A DNA stretch of 64,000 nucleotides from Octopus bimaculoides (GCF_001194135.2 NC_068981.1:178132864-178196863), one strand, 5' to 3'; positions 12,160 to 26,393 are shown, counted from the stretch's first letter. Numbers and translations are program-made. Notes: generated by a model not told the origin, from the sequence alone.

Positions 12160-12650
12160 AGCTTTAAATATCTGTGAAGCCACTGTAAAATGGAAAAAAA
12201 AAAAAAAAAGACATCAAAGAAATTAAATCAAGGATTGGACAGGCCAAAGTTGCTTAGGGTGAGATCAAATATATTTTGTCAAATAAATAGCAATCAATAA
12301 GGGAAAGGAAGTAAAAGTTCTACAGGCACACATAGAACCTATCCTTACATATGATTGTGTGACTGGAATAACAACCGACAAGTGTAAAAGCTGCAGAGAT
12401 GTTCTGGAGAAGAATGTCTTGAGATGTCCTGAGCAAATAGAGTGACAAATATGAAAGTCCTCAGATAAGTAAAAACCACCAGAAAGTTCTCAACAACATA
12501 AGGGGGAGGGGAGGAAAGAGGCTCAGTTCATTGGCCAACATATGATCGAAAAAGGGTAAACCTTGAGTACAGGAGAGAATTAGGCAACTGGAAGGAAAGC
12601 GAAACCAGGAAACCTAAGCAGAAGATACCTGATGACTTTACTAGCTGGCT
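12160..12650 (+). mobile_element. Degenerate RTE-clade LINE, RT C-terminal fragment
   Basis: Interrupted reading DIKEIKSRIGQAK..., PILTYDC..., AAEMFWRRM..., RVTN, ...LEGKR resembles RTE ORF2 C-termini. Confidence 0.65.
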
Positions 12651-13107
12651 TAATATTGCTATACACATGTACAAGATACAGGATAGCAGTTTCATACTTA
12701 TACAAGAATAACAGGGGAAGCAACTGAGAGCCAAGTGTATGTCTGTGTAGATGTATATCGACATGTCATTCAAGCATGCATGTGAGCATGTGCGCATGTG
12801 TGACACTGTATGTATGTATTTATGCAGGAAGGTTATCTTTGGGGCTGTGTGAGCATGTTTCTATTAGCATGTAGGTGGTGTGTGTGTGTGTGTGTGTGTG
12901 TGCACGCGCGTGTGTGAATGCATGCGTGCATGCAACTGTGAAGTGTGTTATACTTGAAATTCTTTGTAGATATTGCTTTTTATAGGGAATATGTGTGTAT
13001 GTGTATGTCATTGTTGTGAGTGTGTGTGTGTATATTTTATTGTTGTATATGTTGGTTAAGCCTAATGTGTATAGCTGTTAGTGCATGCTTGTATGTTTGT
13101 AGCCTAG

Positions 13108-13190
13108 TGCATATAATTCTATATATGCCTAGTGCATGTAGCACTAGTGCATGTAGCACTAGTGCATATAATTCCATATATGGTCTATGT
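13108..13190. repeat. Short minisatellite (ctagtgcatgtagca units)
   Basis: ctagtgcat recurs four times, with two adjacent 15-nt units. Confidence 0.7.
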
Positions 13191-13323
13191 ATTTGATTTT
13201 CTTTGCAGCTGTGCATGTATGTGTGTTTCTTTTAGTGTATAGGTGATGAGTAAATACACATGACCATGTGAAAGTAGGAAGTATGTGAGTATACTTGGGA
13301 TTTTTTACAAGTTGTGTAAATGG

Positions 13324-13361
<38 letters not shown>

Positions 13362-13435
13362 NNNNNNNNNNNNNNNNNNNNNNNNNNNNNNNNNNNNNNN
13401 NNNNNNNNNNNNNNNNNNNNNNNNNNNNNNNNNNN

Positions 13436-13471
<36 letters not shown>

Positions 13472-14062
13472 AGTTGATTCATGTATGTGTATTGCATGGG
13501 TGTGTGTGAATGTGTGTGTGTGTGTGTCCCCTTGCATATGAACTCTCTCTTGCTTTACTTAATTTAAAATGAAGACAATAACCTGAATACACTACCTAGA
13601 AGTAATATAATGAATTGTCTATAAATAATATAATGAAATGTCCGTCATGCAGAAACATGTTCCTAGACACATTTATAAAGGAAAATATGGAATTTTGAAT
13701 AAATGTATATTTAACTGTATAAACATAATACCCTGAAAAAATATATTTTCCACTTCTTCACTGGCTTGACTCCCTTACAAAAACAAAATCAAAAAGAAAA
13801 GAAAATGAAATGGAACTACTAATCAACATATTGTTCTTTTGAGGGGAAAAAAATGTAATCGCCAACAAAGGAAATTTGAACATATGACAACGGTCATGGG
13901 ATGTAGAATAAAGAGACAAATCATTGTCATAAAGCTACATTAGAATTTAATGTATGTGTGCAACCAACTCACCAACAAGACACACCAGCACTGAGAAAAA
14001 TGGCTGACACTAACAAAAACAGATAACAGAATACTTTCCATATCACACACACACACACTATA

Positions 14063-14106
<44 letters not shown>

Positions 14107-14201
14107 NNNNNNNNNNNNNNNNNNNNNNNNNNNNNNNNCACAGAAATAAACAGGGAGAGAAAATAAAAAAGGTTTAGTGACTAAATTTTCATTAGAATTA
14201 T

Positions 14202-14279
<78 letters not shown>

Positions 14280-15389
14280 ATGCACTCATGTATACTGCAC
14301 ACTAATTATGGGTAGAGAAATTACAGGCAAAATATACCTTGCATATTATATGCACTAATTTCATTAGAATTATAATGTATGGAAAATGGAGATTAGTCAG
14401 ATTTATTATAGTTGCTGTATAAGATACATTGTAAAAGTTCACAAATCCTAAACAGAACAAAAGTGATTTTTTAATACAATAGTAAAGGGGTTCAGTAGTG
14501 CCTTAATGTCACAACTGGCAAACATGGGTTCCAAGGAATTACTGCCATCAACATTCTGTATGAAAGGCCAGAATATAACACTTTCATTATTGAGAAATGT
14601 AAACACTTTCCTTGTCTGAATATGTAGATAAAACAAAATACTTGAAATATTCAATACTGAAAGTGTTTACATTCTGAATTATGTCTTTTATAATGATGGC
14701 AGTAATTCCATGGGACCCATCTTTGCCAATTGTAACAATTTTAACATTACATTAAACGATATATCCTACATTATCTATGGAACAATGTATTGATTGGAAG
14801 GTCATGGCTAGAACACATTCATGTTATAGTGTTTTGAAGCAAGATATTAAAACAAAATTTTAAGATGTACATGTTCTTGTAACAACATATATACACAAAC
14901 TAAGATATGCAGCTGCGTATAAACAGAAACTAATAACATTTGATCATTTTGTTATTTCTGTTTTACTTTTACATTTTGTTTCTGAATATTTTAACAGTAT
15001 TAGTAAATAATAAACAAGCTTGATTAATATGGTCTGTGACGTGAGCATACATATGAAACAAAATGAACACTTAATATATTATCACTATACTATAGAAAAA
15101 TGTAACAACAGTTTAAACTCATTGTTATACATCATTTAGCTAGTACAATAACTAACTGACTTCTGGTTATGCCACCTCGACTGTGGTCACACATGTCTGG
15201 AAGAATACATAGCATTTAATTTTTGTGTACTACTAATTTTTAGGTTTAAAAAGTGTTTATTTCATAGGAATAAATGTGTGCATATATGAGTACACACACA
15301 CATACATATACTTTTATACTTATACATATATATGCACGCACATGCTTATGCACACATGCACACACACACACACACACAGTGTATGTATG

Positions 15390-15436
<47 letters not shown>

Positions 15437-15479
15437 TCTCATATCCTCTGCACTGAAGGCTCATGTCTTACTATCATGC

Positions 15480-16440
15480 AGCATCACAGTTCTAATATAA
15501 ACATCATATAATCTGCCCTTCACCCTGAAAACAAATAAAGACCTCTGTTGCCTACAACAGTTATAGCTCCTTGAAATTTCTCTAACCTATTTTTGCCATG
15601 GCTGCTATACTTTCAAAGCAACCACCTACCCTGCTAATTACATCTCCTAGGTAACAAAAGCTTCTAGTAAACTGTCCAAGAATTTAAGAGAATCTATTTC
15701 CGCTGTGCTCATGGTACATACTGTTCAAGTGCATCTAACACATATGAACATACAAAGCTTACATTTTCTGTTAGTCTATGTATGATTCCACTATACCTCT
15801 TATTTGTTGCTAGCTTACAATGGGTACAGCATATGGTAATTAGACCTACTCCTTTTCTGCATATCAAGCAAGGCCATTTCCCTGAAGACACCAGGGATTT
15901 ATCTTTCCTACTCACAAAAACCTTTGTCTTTGGTAAGTTTACCTTAAGACCTCTCCATTCTAGGTTTAGCTTCTAAGCTGGAAACTTCCTCCCTAATTCC
16001 CTTGCAGATTCAGCTATGCAAAGGAGTTCCCATTGTTAGCCATTGACAGTGTTGGCTTATTGGACTATGATGACTAGGCGAGGACTGAAGAATGAACCTT
16101 GATGAACTCTTATCCTCACACTAAATTCTAACTAACTGCATCTTTGTACTCAGTTCGTACAGCCCTCACAAGCCATTCATCTCTATCTAGTTCCCTTAGT
16201 GATCATCAAATTACTGAACATGGCACCCTACCAAATGCCTTCTCTAAGTCAACAGATGCCAGCAATGGTGGTTTACTTATGGCCAAGTACTTCTCCTGCA
16301 GTTGATTCACTAGGAAGAATGCATCTGTGGTGCCTCATCTAGGCATGAAGCTAAACTGCATCTCAAATAGGTCCAACTCTATCATGGATCTTCTTATGAA
16401 ATAGTTTGATTCCTCTATAATTTCCTCTCTCTCTAAAACT
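15480..16440 (-). mobile_element. Degenerate RTE LINE ORF2 fragment (RT plus C-terminal Cys-rich region)
   Basis: ORF 15709-15915 reads SGKWPCLICRKGVG...CTHCK. Upstream sequence is homologous to the RT region of the 34630-36960 copy (FMPR..TTDAFFLV.QLQEKYL). Confidence 0.8.
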
Positions 16441-17018
16441 TTGCCTTTGGAACAGTTTATGACAGTTGTTATTTATGACAGTTGTCACAGTCCAAGTCAG
16501 TTGTTATTTAGACTTACTTCTCCTTAGATGGGTTAGAGACTATGTTTTGTTGTATGTTGCATTTTTGGCTTGGTTTTTACAGTTGGATGTTCTTCAGCAA
16601 TTGTATTTTGCAGTGATTTATGGTGAATATGTTCCAGTACAGATATTGTGTGTGGTGTGTGTTTCTAATGATATTCATACTCCACAGAGAGGGGGGGGGG
16701 TCATTGTAGTTATTAAGTGTAAATTTGTTGTGCATGTACCTCTAATCTTGCCTTCAATGATGCTTACAATTCAGAAATAATAGTAAAAGCTGCATCACCT
16801 GGACTATAAAAGAATACCATTTTGAACAGAAGTGTAATAGATATTTAACAACCTTTTCCACACAAGATCTGTGTTCATTAGTTGCCAATGGCTTACAGTC
16901 AGGCTGACTGAATTTTAGCCAATTTTCTTGGTTAGCAGGAAACACAAGGTATTAGTATGTCTTTAAGATAGTAATTTATATAATAAATAATATATACACA
17001 CACAAATATATATGTATG

Positions 17019-17049
<31 letters not shown>

Positions 17050-17065
17050 TAAAGAGAGAGGGAGG

Positions 17066-17116
<51 letters not shown>

Positions 17117-17398
17117 NNNNNNNNNNNNNNNNNNNNNNNNNNNNNNNNNNNNNNNNNNNNNNNNNNNNNNNNNNNNNNNNNNNNNNNNNNNNNNNNNNNN
17201 NNNNNNNNNNNNNNNNNNNNNNNNNNNNNNNNNNNNNNNNNNNNNNNNNNNNNNNNNNNNNNNNNNNNNNNNNNNNNNNNNNNNNNNNNNNNNNNNNNNN
17301 NNNNNNNNNNNNNNNNNNNNNNNNNNNNNNNNNNNNNNNNNNNNNNNNNNNNNNNNNNNNNNNNNNNNNNNNNNNNNNNNNNNNNNNNNNNNNNNNNN

Positions 17399-17752
17399 CA
17401 TTCCCACTGTGTGGCACCTTGGGCAAGTGTCTTCTACTATAGCCTCAGGCCGACTAAAGCATTGTGAGTGGATTTGGTAGACGGAAACTGAAAGAAGCCC
17501 GTCGTATATATGTATATGTATATATATATGTGTATATGTATGTATGTGTATATGTTTGTGTGTCTGTGTTTGTCCCCCCAACATCGCTTGACAACTGGTG
17601 CTGTTGTGTTTACGTCCTCGTAACTTAGCGGTTCAGCAAAAGAGACCGATAGAATAAGTACTAGGCTTCCAAAGAATAAGTCCTGGGGTCGATTTGCTCG
17701 ACTAAAGGCGGTGCTCCAGCATGGCCACAATCAAATGACTAAGAGTAAAAGA
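17399..17752 (+). mobile_element. Composite CORE-like SINE (head partly in N gap, internal microsatellite, 3' module)
   Basis: ccttgggcaagtgtcttctactatagcc...gaaactgaaagaagcccgtcg, then (TA/TG)n, then gtttgtccccccaacatcgcttgacaac...gcatggccacaatcaaatgac. Confidence 0.85.
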
Positions 17753-18212
17753 GAGTATGCATTTGCAAAATCTAATCTCTGAACATGCAAGGCTTAATCT
17801 AAGAACTCAATACATGTATATAATATATTAAACTGATGAACAGGCTTCAATAATACCCAACTTCACTGATTGAGTCAATACCGAATTCTTAGTTCATGCC
17901 AATCTAATATAATAATTGAGAAGAAAATATTTTTGTCATAGATAATAATTGGAACCACATGACTAACTCTAAAGACTATCTGCTGATATCAATCAATAAG
18001 AATGAACATCATAAGCAACTGTATCAATCATGTGATCTATCACCTGATAAACTACTTCAGCAACCAGAAAGCATCCGACACCTTTAAATACCCCAAACAA
18101 CCACCCCATTGCATTATTTCAAATCCACTCACTGATGAGTGTGTGTTTGACTAATATCATTTACATAGAGCCTTCAGTCATGAGGAAACAGTTTAGATTA
18201 TCAAGACATAAT

Positions 18213-18256
<44 letters not shown>

Positions 18257-18345
18257 CACTCACTCTATCCAATCTTCTGACCACTTCACAAACACACACA
18301 CACTTATTATATTGTATGATTTGTGTTTGTATCATATATATATAG

Positions 18346-18506
18346 GCGTAGGAGTGGCTGTGTGGTAAGTAGCTTGCTTACCAACCACATGGTCCCGGGT
18401 TCAGTCCCACTGCGTGGCATCTTGGGCAAGTGTCTTCTACTATAGCCTCAGGCTGACCAAAGCCATATGAGTGGATTTGGTAGACGGAAACTGAAAGAAG
18501 CCCGTC

Positions 18507-18510
<4 letters not shown>
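18346..18510 (+). mobile_element. CORE-like SINE head (tRNA-derived)
   Basis: ggcgtaggagtggctgtgtggtaagtagcttgc...gggttcagtccc...cttgggcaagtgtcttc. Confidence 0.85.
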
Positions 18511-18538
<28 letters not shown>

Positions 18539-19427
18539 NNNNNNNNNNNNNNNNNNNNNNNNNNNNNNNNNNNNNNNNNNNNNNNNNNNNNNNNNNNNNN
18601 NNNNNNNNNNNNNNNNNNNNNNNNNNNNNNNNNNNNNNNNNNNNNNNNNNNNNNNNNNNNNNNNNNNNNNNNNNNNNNNNNNNNNNNNNNNNNNNNNNNN
18701 NNNNNNNNNNNNNNNNNNNNNNNNNNNNNNNNNNNNNNNNNNNNNNNNNNNNNNNNNNNNNNNNNNNNNNNNNNNNNNNNNNNNNNNNNNNNNNNNNNNN
18801 NNNNNNNNNNNNNNNNNNNNNNNNNNNNNNNNNNNNNNNNNNNNNNNNNNNNNNNNNNNNNNNNNNNNNNNNNNNNNNNNNNNNNNNNNNNNNNNNNNNN
18901 NNNNNNNNNNNNNNNNNNNNNNNNNNNNNNNNNNNNNNNNNNNNNNNNNNNNNNNNNNNNNNNNNNNNNNNNNNNNNNNNNNNNNNNNNNNNNNNNNNNN
19001 NNNNNNNNNNNNNNNNNNNNNNNNNNNNNNNNNNNNNNNNNNNNNNNNNNNNNNNNNNNNNNNNNNNNNNNNNNNNNNNNNNNNNNNNNNNNNNNNNNNN
19101 NNNNNNNNNNNNNNNNNNNNNNNNNNNNNNNNNNNNNNNNNNNNNNNNNNNNNNNNNNNNNNNNNNNNNNNNNNNNNNNNNNNNNNNNNNNNNNNNNNNN
19201 NNNNNNNNNNNNNNNNNNNNNNNNNNNNNNNNNNNNNNNNNNNNNNNNNNNNNNNNNNNNNNNNNNNNNNNNNNNNNNNNNNNNNNNNNNNNNNNNNNNN
19301 NNNNNNNNNNNNNNNNNNNNNNNNNNNNNNNNNNNNNNNNNNNNNNNNNNNNNNNNNNNNNNNNNNNNNNNNNNNNNNNNNNNNNNNNNNNNNNNNNNNN
19401 NNNNNNNNNNNNNNNNNNNNNNNNNNN

Positions 19428-19488
<61 letters not shown>

Positions 19489-19568
19489 GAGAGAGAGAGA
19501 CAGAGAGACAGAGAGAGATAAAGACAGACAGATAGGCAGGTAGAGATAGATAGATGGATGGATGGATA

Positions 19569-19678
19569 TGGCAGTGAGCTGGTAGAATCATTAGCTGAGA
19601 TCAACTTTGCCTTTCACCCTTTTTGGGAGGTCAACTAGCTTCTCCTCACAAAATTTCAGGTCTTGTGCTTATAATAGA
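19569..19678 (+). mobile_element. Third SINE family (ggcagtgagctggtagaatc head), internally deleted
   Basis: Matches copies at 24805-25005, 44695-44908 and 53850-54050. Confidence 0.7.
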
Positions 19679-19707
19679 AAGCAGACAGGCAGGTGCGCGT
19701 GCACGCA

Positions 19708-19763
<56 letters not shown>

Positions 19764-20819
19764 TATATAAAATGTGTGAGTGTATATGAGTACATGCACA
19801 CACATGCAGTTGTGTATGTGTGCATGTATAAGTGCATGAGTATGTGTGTCTTATATGATGTAAGTTGTAAATGAACTGCAAATGGTATTACTTTTTAGTT
19901 CTGTTGACTTAACAGCATTTGCACAACTATTGCATATATCTCTTCTCAGTTAAATGCAATGCAGAATCATAGCAATTGGAATTGTGTAGAAAGGTGACAT
20001 GTATTATTAATTATGGCAGTGATATGTCAGTTATTGCAAATTATGGCAGTCATATGTTCTTTTAGGCAGCAATGATTATTGGCTTATTTTGGTTCATATG
20101 CCTCACAAGTGGCTAATAAAATCAGCCTTATCCAATGAAGTTTCTTTTTCTTACGTTTCATTTCAATTTTGTATTGTTAATGCAATTTTCTTCAAAATGC
20201 ACAAATCTATCAAGATTTTTTTTTTCTCTCTTTTGCTTCCTATCAATTGCAATTTTTTCTTCCTAGCTTTCCACACTACTTCGTTTATTTTTCAGTTCAG
20301 ATTTAAGGCAATTTTGATTTCAGTTTGTGAAATATTTCTCCATAGAACAGATACCTTCGTCTTTCATACAAACTATGTGGACTGCCTAGTTCAGTCTGCT
20401 ACATCACATCACCCTTACAAAATTTGTTAACTCCAAGATTTCAACATCACCCCACCCCACACACACACACATGATAAATTGGTCAAAGACGCTTCCATTG
20501 AAAATGTACCAGCTGTTAAACATGTTTTGAAAATAATGTACATGTTTCACAGCTAGACAACAGATGAAATGTAGGTTTTGAAAATAGATATTTGAATGTC
20601 ACAGTCAATAGTGGCAAAAGCATCATTAGCATTTTTATGTCAGCTTTCTCCATGCTGACATAGAAAAAGAAAGGTGTAATACTGAAGTATAAAGGTAAAG
20701 ACACCCCCCCCCCCCCCCCCGCATGCGCATGCACACATACACGCATATACATAGAGATATATATTATACATATATAAAAGAAGCCCCTTATTACATAATC
20801 ATGGATATTATCATGCTTT

Positions 20820-21490
20820 TGTTATCAAAATTACCGGGACCAAAATTCCTTCTTTAAAATATATTAAAAATTATCCACTTATTGGTATCAAAACTCTGGA
20901 TAGTATCAAAATGTTTAAGTAAATCATTATACAATGACTAAAATCACATGGAAATCTAAAGAAAAAAGCACTGCTAGCTATGGAGATGTGATAGTTGCAT
21001 GTTGGAGCAGTGATGATGGTAATGGCATCATATGATATTGCTGGGAACGGAGGAGGAAGTACTGGTGTGTTAAGTTAGGTAGGTGTTGCTGGTAGTATTG
21101 GTCTAGGTATTGGATGTGTGTGTGTGTGTGTGACTGTATGTGTGTGAGAGAGAGGGGAGTATAGAAAGCCATTTGTTAAAATCACAGCTGATATTATTAA
21201 ACAGTTATTATTATCAAAATTACTGCATCCCTAATTCCTTGTTTAAAATAAAATAAAACAAATTATCCACTTAATACAATCAAAGCTCTGGATATTTTAT
21301 CAAAATTATAAATAACATGCTGCATAATTGCAGTAATCACTATGGGGATCTAAAGAAAAGTGTCACAAGCTATGGAGACATATGTAGTAAGTTGGTGGCA
21401 GCAGTGGATGGCAGTTGCAGTGGTAAAGATGGTGGTGGAATTGGTATGCTGTGGCTGGGAATGAAGAAAATGCTGGTGTGTTAAGTTCAG
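20820..21490 (+). repeat. Diverged local tandem duplication (~260-bp unit twice)
   Basis: 20820-21080 and 21210-21490 share aaattatccactta, ctctggata, tctaaagaaaa, agctatggaga and ctggtgtgttaagtt in the same order. Confidence 0.75.
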
Positions 21491-21918
21491 CCAGTTTGCT
21501 TTGTGCCTTTGGAACTTGTGTGGATTCCTTGAAAAACAGGAAGAGGGCTAGCATTAGGAAGGGCATTCAGCTGTAAAACAATGCCTCAATAGCAAATTTG
21601 TCTAACCCATGCTAACATGGCAAAATGAACTTAAAACTGAATGAATGAATGAATGAATGAATGCATACATACATACATGCATACATACATACATGCAAAT
21701 TGCAAGGGACCTCACTAGTGCAAATGGTATGAAAAGAGCACCCAGTCAGCACACACTGTAAAAGGTTAGCATTAAGAAAGGCATCCAGTCATAGAAATCA
21801 TGCCAAAGCAGGCACTGGAGTACAGCACAGTCCTTAGATCATCAGATCTTGTCAAACTATCCAAACCATGCTAGTAAGGAATATGTTATAATGATATGAC
21901 AAATGCACGCGCGCGTGT

Positions 21919-21994
<76 letters not shown>

Positions 21995-22019
21995 AGAGTT
22001 GAGGATCTTCAATTAACTG

Positions 22020-22540
22020 AAATTTTCCTAGTAATTTGGAGAATATAATAAGTTCCTGCTAGCTAAGTTTAAAATCTCCACACCAAACAAGTGACACAAC
22101 TTCAGCAATACCAGCTAATCTAAGTTTTTGGAAAATAAAGACAGTTAGAAGAGGACCTTGCCTTTAAAACCAACTACTGAAAGAAACTATGACAGTTTTA
22201 AAACTTGTAATAAGTCATCTGTGAAGCATATTCACCTTGTTGATTTGGTTTAGTCATAATCAAGCATATAAGGAAATACAGGTAAGCAGTTAAGAATAAA
22301 ACGGGAAAAATATTTCCATATATATATATTGTGTGTGCATGCGTGCACACGCACATGCATGTGTCAAATTAGCTTTATAACTTGAAAATAAAAATTCCTG
22401 ATAGAAGAGTTTAAAATCTAATAACAGTATACAAGGGAGACAACTTCAACAATATCAGCTAATTAAAATTTGGAAAATAAAGACAATGCAGTTAAAGAGT
22501 AAACTTTGCTTATAATGCTAACTGATGAAAACACCAGGAT
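22020..22540 (+). repeat. Second diverged local tandem duplication (~170-bp unit twice)
   Basis: 22020-22200 and 22375-22540 share ttcctg.tag, tttaaaatct, acaacttca.caata.cagctaat and ttggaaaataaagaca. Confidence 0.7.
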
Positions 22541-22608
22541 AGCAAAGCAAATTTTACCTCAACTATTTTATACAGAAATAGAACCAGAGAAATAGTGACA
22601 GAGCATGC

Positions 22609-22643
<35 letters not shown>

Positions 22644-22854
22644 CATCTCACCTCTTAGCTTGGGGTGCCACCTGGACAGCTCATCACCACTATTTATCAC
22701 TGGGGATTCTACTGATTCATTCTCACTCTCTCTCCTAAATCCGAGTAGCCATGTTGTTCCCCTACAACAAGAAACTCCTGTAGTCCAACCTCTTCTCTCA
22801 TACCTTAATCCCCATCTAACACTCCCTCCCAGAATTTTGTGGGCGTGTGAGCGG

Positions 22855-23062
22855 CTTTCAACCACAATAGTGCCAGTGGCACAAAAAATGCACCAAGCAC
22901 ACACTGTAAAGTGGTTGGCATTTGAAAGGGCATCCAGCCATAGAAACCAAGCCAAAGCAGACACTGGAGCATAACGTGGTCCTTGGACCCACCAGATCCT
23001 TGTCAAGCATCCCAACTCAAGCCAGCACAGAAGATGGTCATTAAATGATGATGATGATGATG
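22855..23062 (+). mobile_element. RTE-LINE 3' tail module ending in (GAT)n
   Basis: gtggttggcatttgaaagggcatccagccatagaaacc...tcaagcatcccaac...taaatgatgatgatg. Related copies at ~21470-21625, 21710-21890, 25006-25200 (-), 52740-52870 (-), 57480-57722 and 57905-57992. Confidence 0.75.
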
Positions 23063-23265
23063 ATATATGCAGACATCTCTCTCTCACACACATACAGATG
23101 CCAGCATGGCTGAGTATAGTGGTACTTTGTATAGATAAAAGTAAGGTCTTGGGTAAGTTCAGGAGTAGCTGTATATGGAACAGATATGTTATCTCCAATG
23201 TGTGTGTGAGTGTTCATGCATGCACAAACGTACATGCATATATGTGCATACATACACACACATAT

Positions 23266-23306
<41 letters not shown>

Positions 23307-24804
23307 CGTGCATAGACACATATGTACCTACACATACAAACACATACAAAGGATCTTCGTAAGTCAGTGTTGGCCATATATTTACATATGAAATGTTCTC
23401 AGATGTGGACAAGGTTTGATCTATGAAAGACCAGCAATTGCCCAATTACCCCCACCCCTTCCTTCCAATCCACTGCACTGGAATGGTATTTTATTTCACC
23501 CCTGGAAAGGATAAAAGGCAAAGCTCCTCCCTGTAGGATTTGAATTCAGAGCGCTGCAGCAAATTCTGTAAATTATTTTGCTTGATTCTGTAAAATTTCT
23601 GACAATCCACCATTATTAAATACACACACACACACACAAGATATCAATATTATAAAACATAAAGTCACATGACTCTTTTTTGTTTGCTAGTTTCCTCTTT
23701 CTGTCATGCAGCAGGATTGTGGAAGCAGAAAGCAGTGGCTGTGCTGAGAGAAGTGGAAGAGAGAGAAAAAAGAAGCATTATAAAGAGAGAAAGATTAGAT
23801 AGATAGCTCTGTCAGTAGGAGAATGACAAGGTGTACAATAAAGAGTGAGTAAAATAGCCAGCAGTCAGTCAAAGGAACCAGATAGGCAGCCAGGTGAGCA
23901 GACAGTAAAATATAGGGAAGGATGGAAAAAAAAAAAATACAGCAATAGGGAAGAGATACAAAGAAGGGGGATAGAGTGTTACAATAAAGAGAAGTTTGAG
24001 AGGGAACATGGGAAAGTGAAAGTGATACAAAGAGTGTGCAGGTGACAGAGAATTACATATACAAACTCGTACACATTTATCAAGAGATAGAGATAGATAG
24101 ATAGAGTGAGAGAGAGAGAGAAGAGAGTGACAGTGTGAGAGAGATGATGAAATTCATGTATGATATTCAAGTGGGAGGAGGCAGTAGAAAATGAAGAGAA
24201 GTGGGAGTTTTTTTCTTTCTTCTTTTTATTTTAACTGAAAGATGGGGGGGGGGATATATAAAGAGGAAGATAATAAATAAGCAAATATATGAGTCACTGA
24301 TCAGAGAGAGAAAAATGGAGGAGAGTAAGAGGGGTTAGGGTTTCAAATGTAACACAGGTAATTGCAAGTCAGATGAAGAAATTCTCAGCCATACAGAGGA
24401 ACTGCTTGACTTCAAAATGCAGGAAGAAGACAAAGATTATCCATTCAGTTCTTGATATGAATTGGAAAGAAGTCATGTTGCAAAACAACAACAAAGAAAC
24501 AAGCAAGACTCAAAGTAAATTAAACAAAAAAACAATAACTGAAAAAAAGCAAAAACAAAAAGTAAGTGAAGAAAACAGAGCAAGACTTGAAACACAAAGA
24601 TTAAGAATTCCTGAAAGGAAACAGAAATAAACCCTGTCATTTTTGATGGGTTTAGGTACACACACACACGTAGATGTACATCTACATTTATCATATAATA
24701 AATATGTGCATATTATATAATTATATAATGTACACATTATGTGTAAAATATATGTAAATACATATATAAATATATAGTAATAATAATAATGATCCTTTCT
24801 ACTA

Positions 24805-25005
24805 TAGGCACAAGGCCTGGATTTTTGTGGGGAAGGGGACAATTGATCACATCAACCCCAGTACTTGACTGGTAATTACTTTACCAACCCTGAGCGAATG
24901 AAAGGCAAAGTTGACCTTGGTGGAATTTGAACTCAGAATGCAGTGACAGACGAAATAATGCTAAGCATTTCACCCAGCATGCTAACGATTCTACCAGCTC
25001 GCTGC
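24805..25005 (-). mobile_element. Third SINE family, near full-length
   Basis: Minus head ggcagcgagctggtagaatcgttagc...ctgagttcaaattcc (A/B box-like) and tail ...ggccttgtgcct. Confidence 0.8.
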
Positions 25006-25038
<33 letters not shown>

Positions 25039-25284
25039 GTAATGTCCGCCTTCCATGCTAGCATGGGTGGGACGGTTTTACAAAAGCCGCCCAGGCAGAA
25101 GCCTTCACCAGACGACTGTGATTTTTACAGCTGAATGCCCTTCCTAACACCAACCACTCAGCAGAGTGTGGACTTAGTGCTTTTTACAAGGCACAAGCAC
25201 AAGCAGTAGTAGTAGTAGTAGTAGTAGTCCATGGATGGAATTTATAAATATTCTAACTACACACACATCTTTTTTTTCCTTTAT

Positions 25285-25489
25285 CTTTTACCTGTTTCAG
25301 TCATTTGACTACAGCCATGCTGGGGCACTGCCTTGGAGAGTTTTAAGTTGAACAAATCATCCCCAGGACTAATTTTTTAGGCCAGGTATTTATTCTACCG
25401 TACTCTTGCTAAACCACTAAATTTACAGTGATGTAAACACACTAACACTGGTTATCAAGCAGTGGTGGGAGACAAACTCAGACGCAAAC

Positions 25490-25573
<84 letters not shown>

Positions 25574-25680
25574 CAGGCTTCTTTCAGTTTCTCTCTACCG
25601 GATCCACTCACATGGCCTTGGTCAGCCTGAGGCTATAGTAGAAAACTCTTGCCCAAGGTGCCACACAGTGGGACTGAACC
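25285..25680 (-). mobile_element. Composite CORE-like SINE, minus orientation
   Basis: Reverse complement of the head (25575-25680), (TG)n spacer and 3' module (25285-25490) seen at 17399-17752. Confidence 0.8.
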
Positions 25681-26393
25681 TGTACACGTGTGTGTGTGTG
25701 TGCGCATATGTGGCCAATTCAAATAAACAAATAAAAATGGACAACATGAAGACATGCATAAGAAATGTATTAGCTTGATGCTCAAGGCACAGACATGGGT
25801 ATGTGATTAAAGAGCTTGTTTCCTAACTAAATGGTCTTAGGTTCAGTGTCACCATATGGCATGAGGAAATGTCAATGTCAGGACAATCTAAGCCCTGTGA
25901 GTCGATTTGATAAACAGAAATTGAGCGAAACATGTTTGTGCATGTGTGTGTGCTTGCATATATGTTTATGTCTCCTTGTTGTGACATTGTGTGATAGTTC
26001 TAAGTGACTGTCAGCAGATTTGGTAAGGAGTCACTCACATGTATGAGCATATATGCATTTGTGTCTCCTTGTCTGGACATGTGCTAACTGTAAGCAAATG
26101 ACACCATCATATAAGTGATTGTTGTGCTATTTACATGTGAAAGCCTGAGAAGTGTTGCCTTGCATGGTGACAAGTGAGGATTACCAACAGGAAGAGCATC
26201 CAATAGAAAATCTGTTATAATAATGATTCACATCAACCCGGTGCAAGCTTTAAAAAGCAGATGGTCACGCACACACAACTGTATACATAGACACATTGTA
26301 TACATATATATATACAAGTCGTATGTTTATATACGTATATGAATATATATATGTATATATCTATGTCTATCTATCTATCTATCTCTATATATA

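Noticed and set aside
17012-19604. Long ORFs (150-408 aa) in the ORF track, also at 13159-13537, 43846-44357 and 55556-56698
   Set aside because: Made of N gaps and dinucleotide repeats (HT, VC, RE, SL runs); not real coding sequence, apart from the piggyBac remnants noted separately.
24600-24635. Strong minus-strand acceptor (tttctgtttcctttcag)
   Set aside because: No donor downstream; lies in a low-complexity purine-rich tract.
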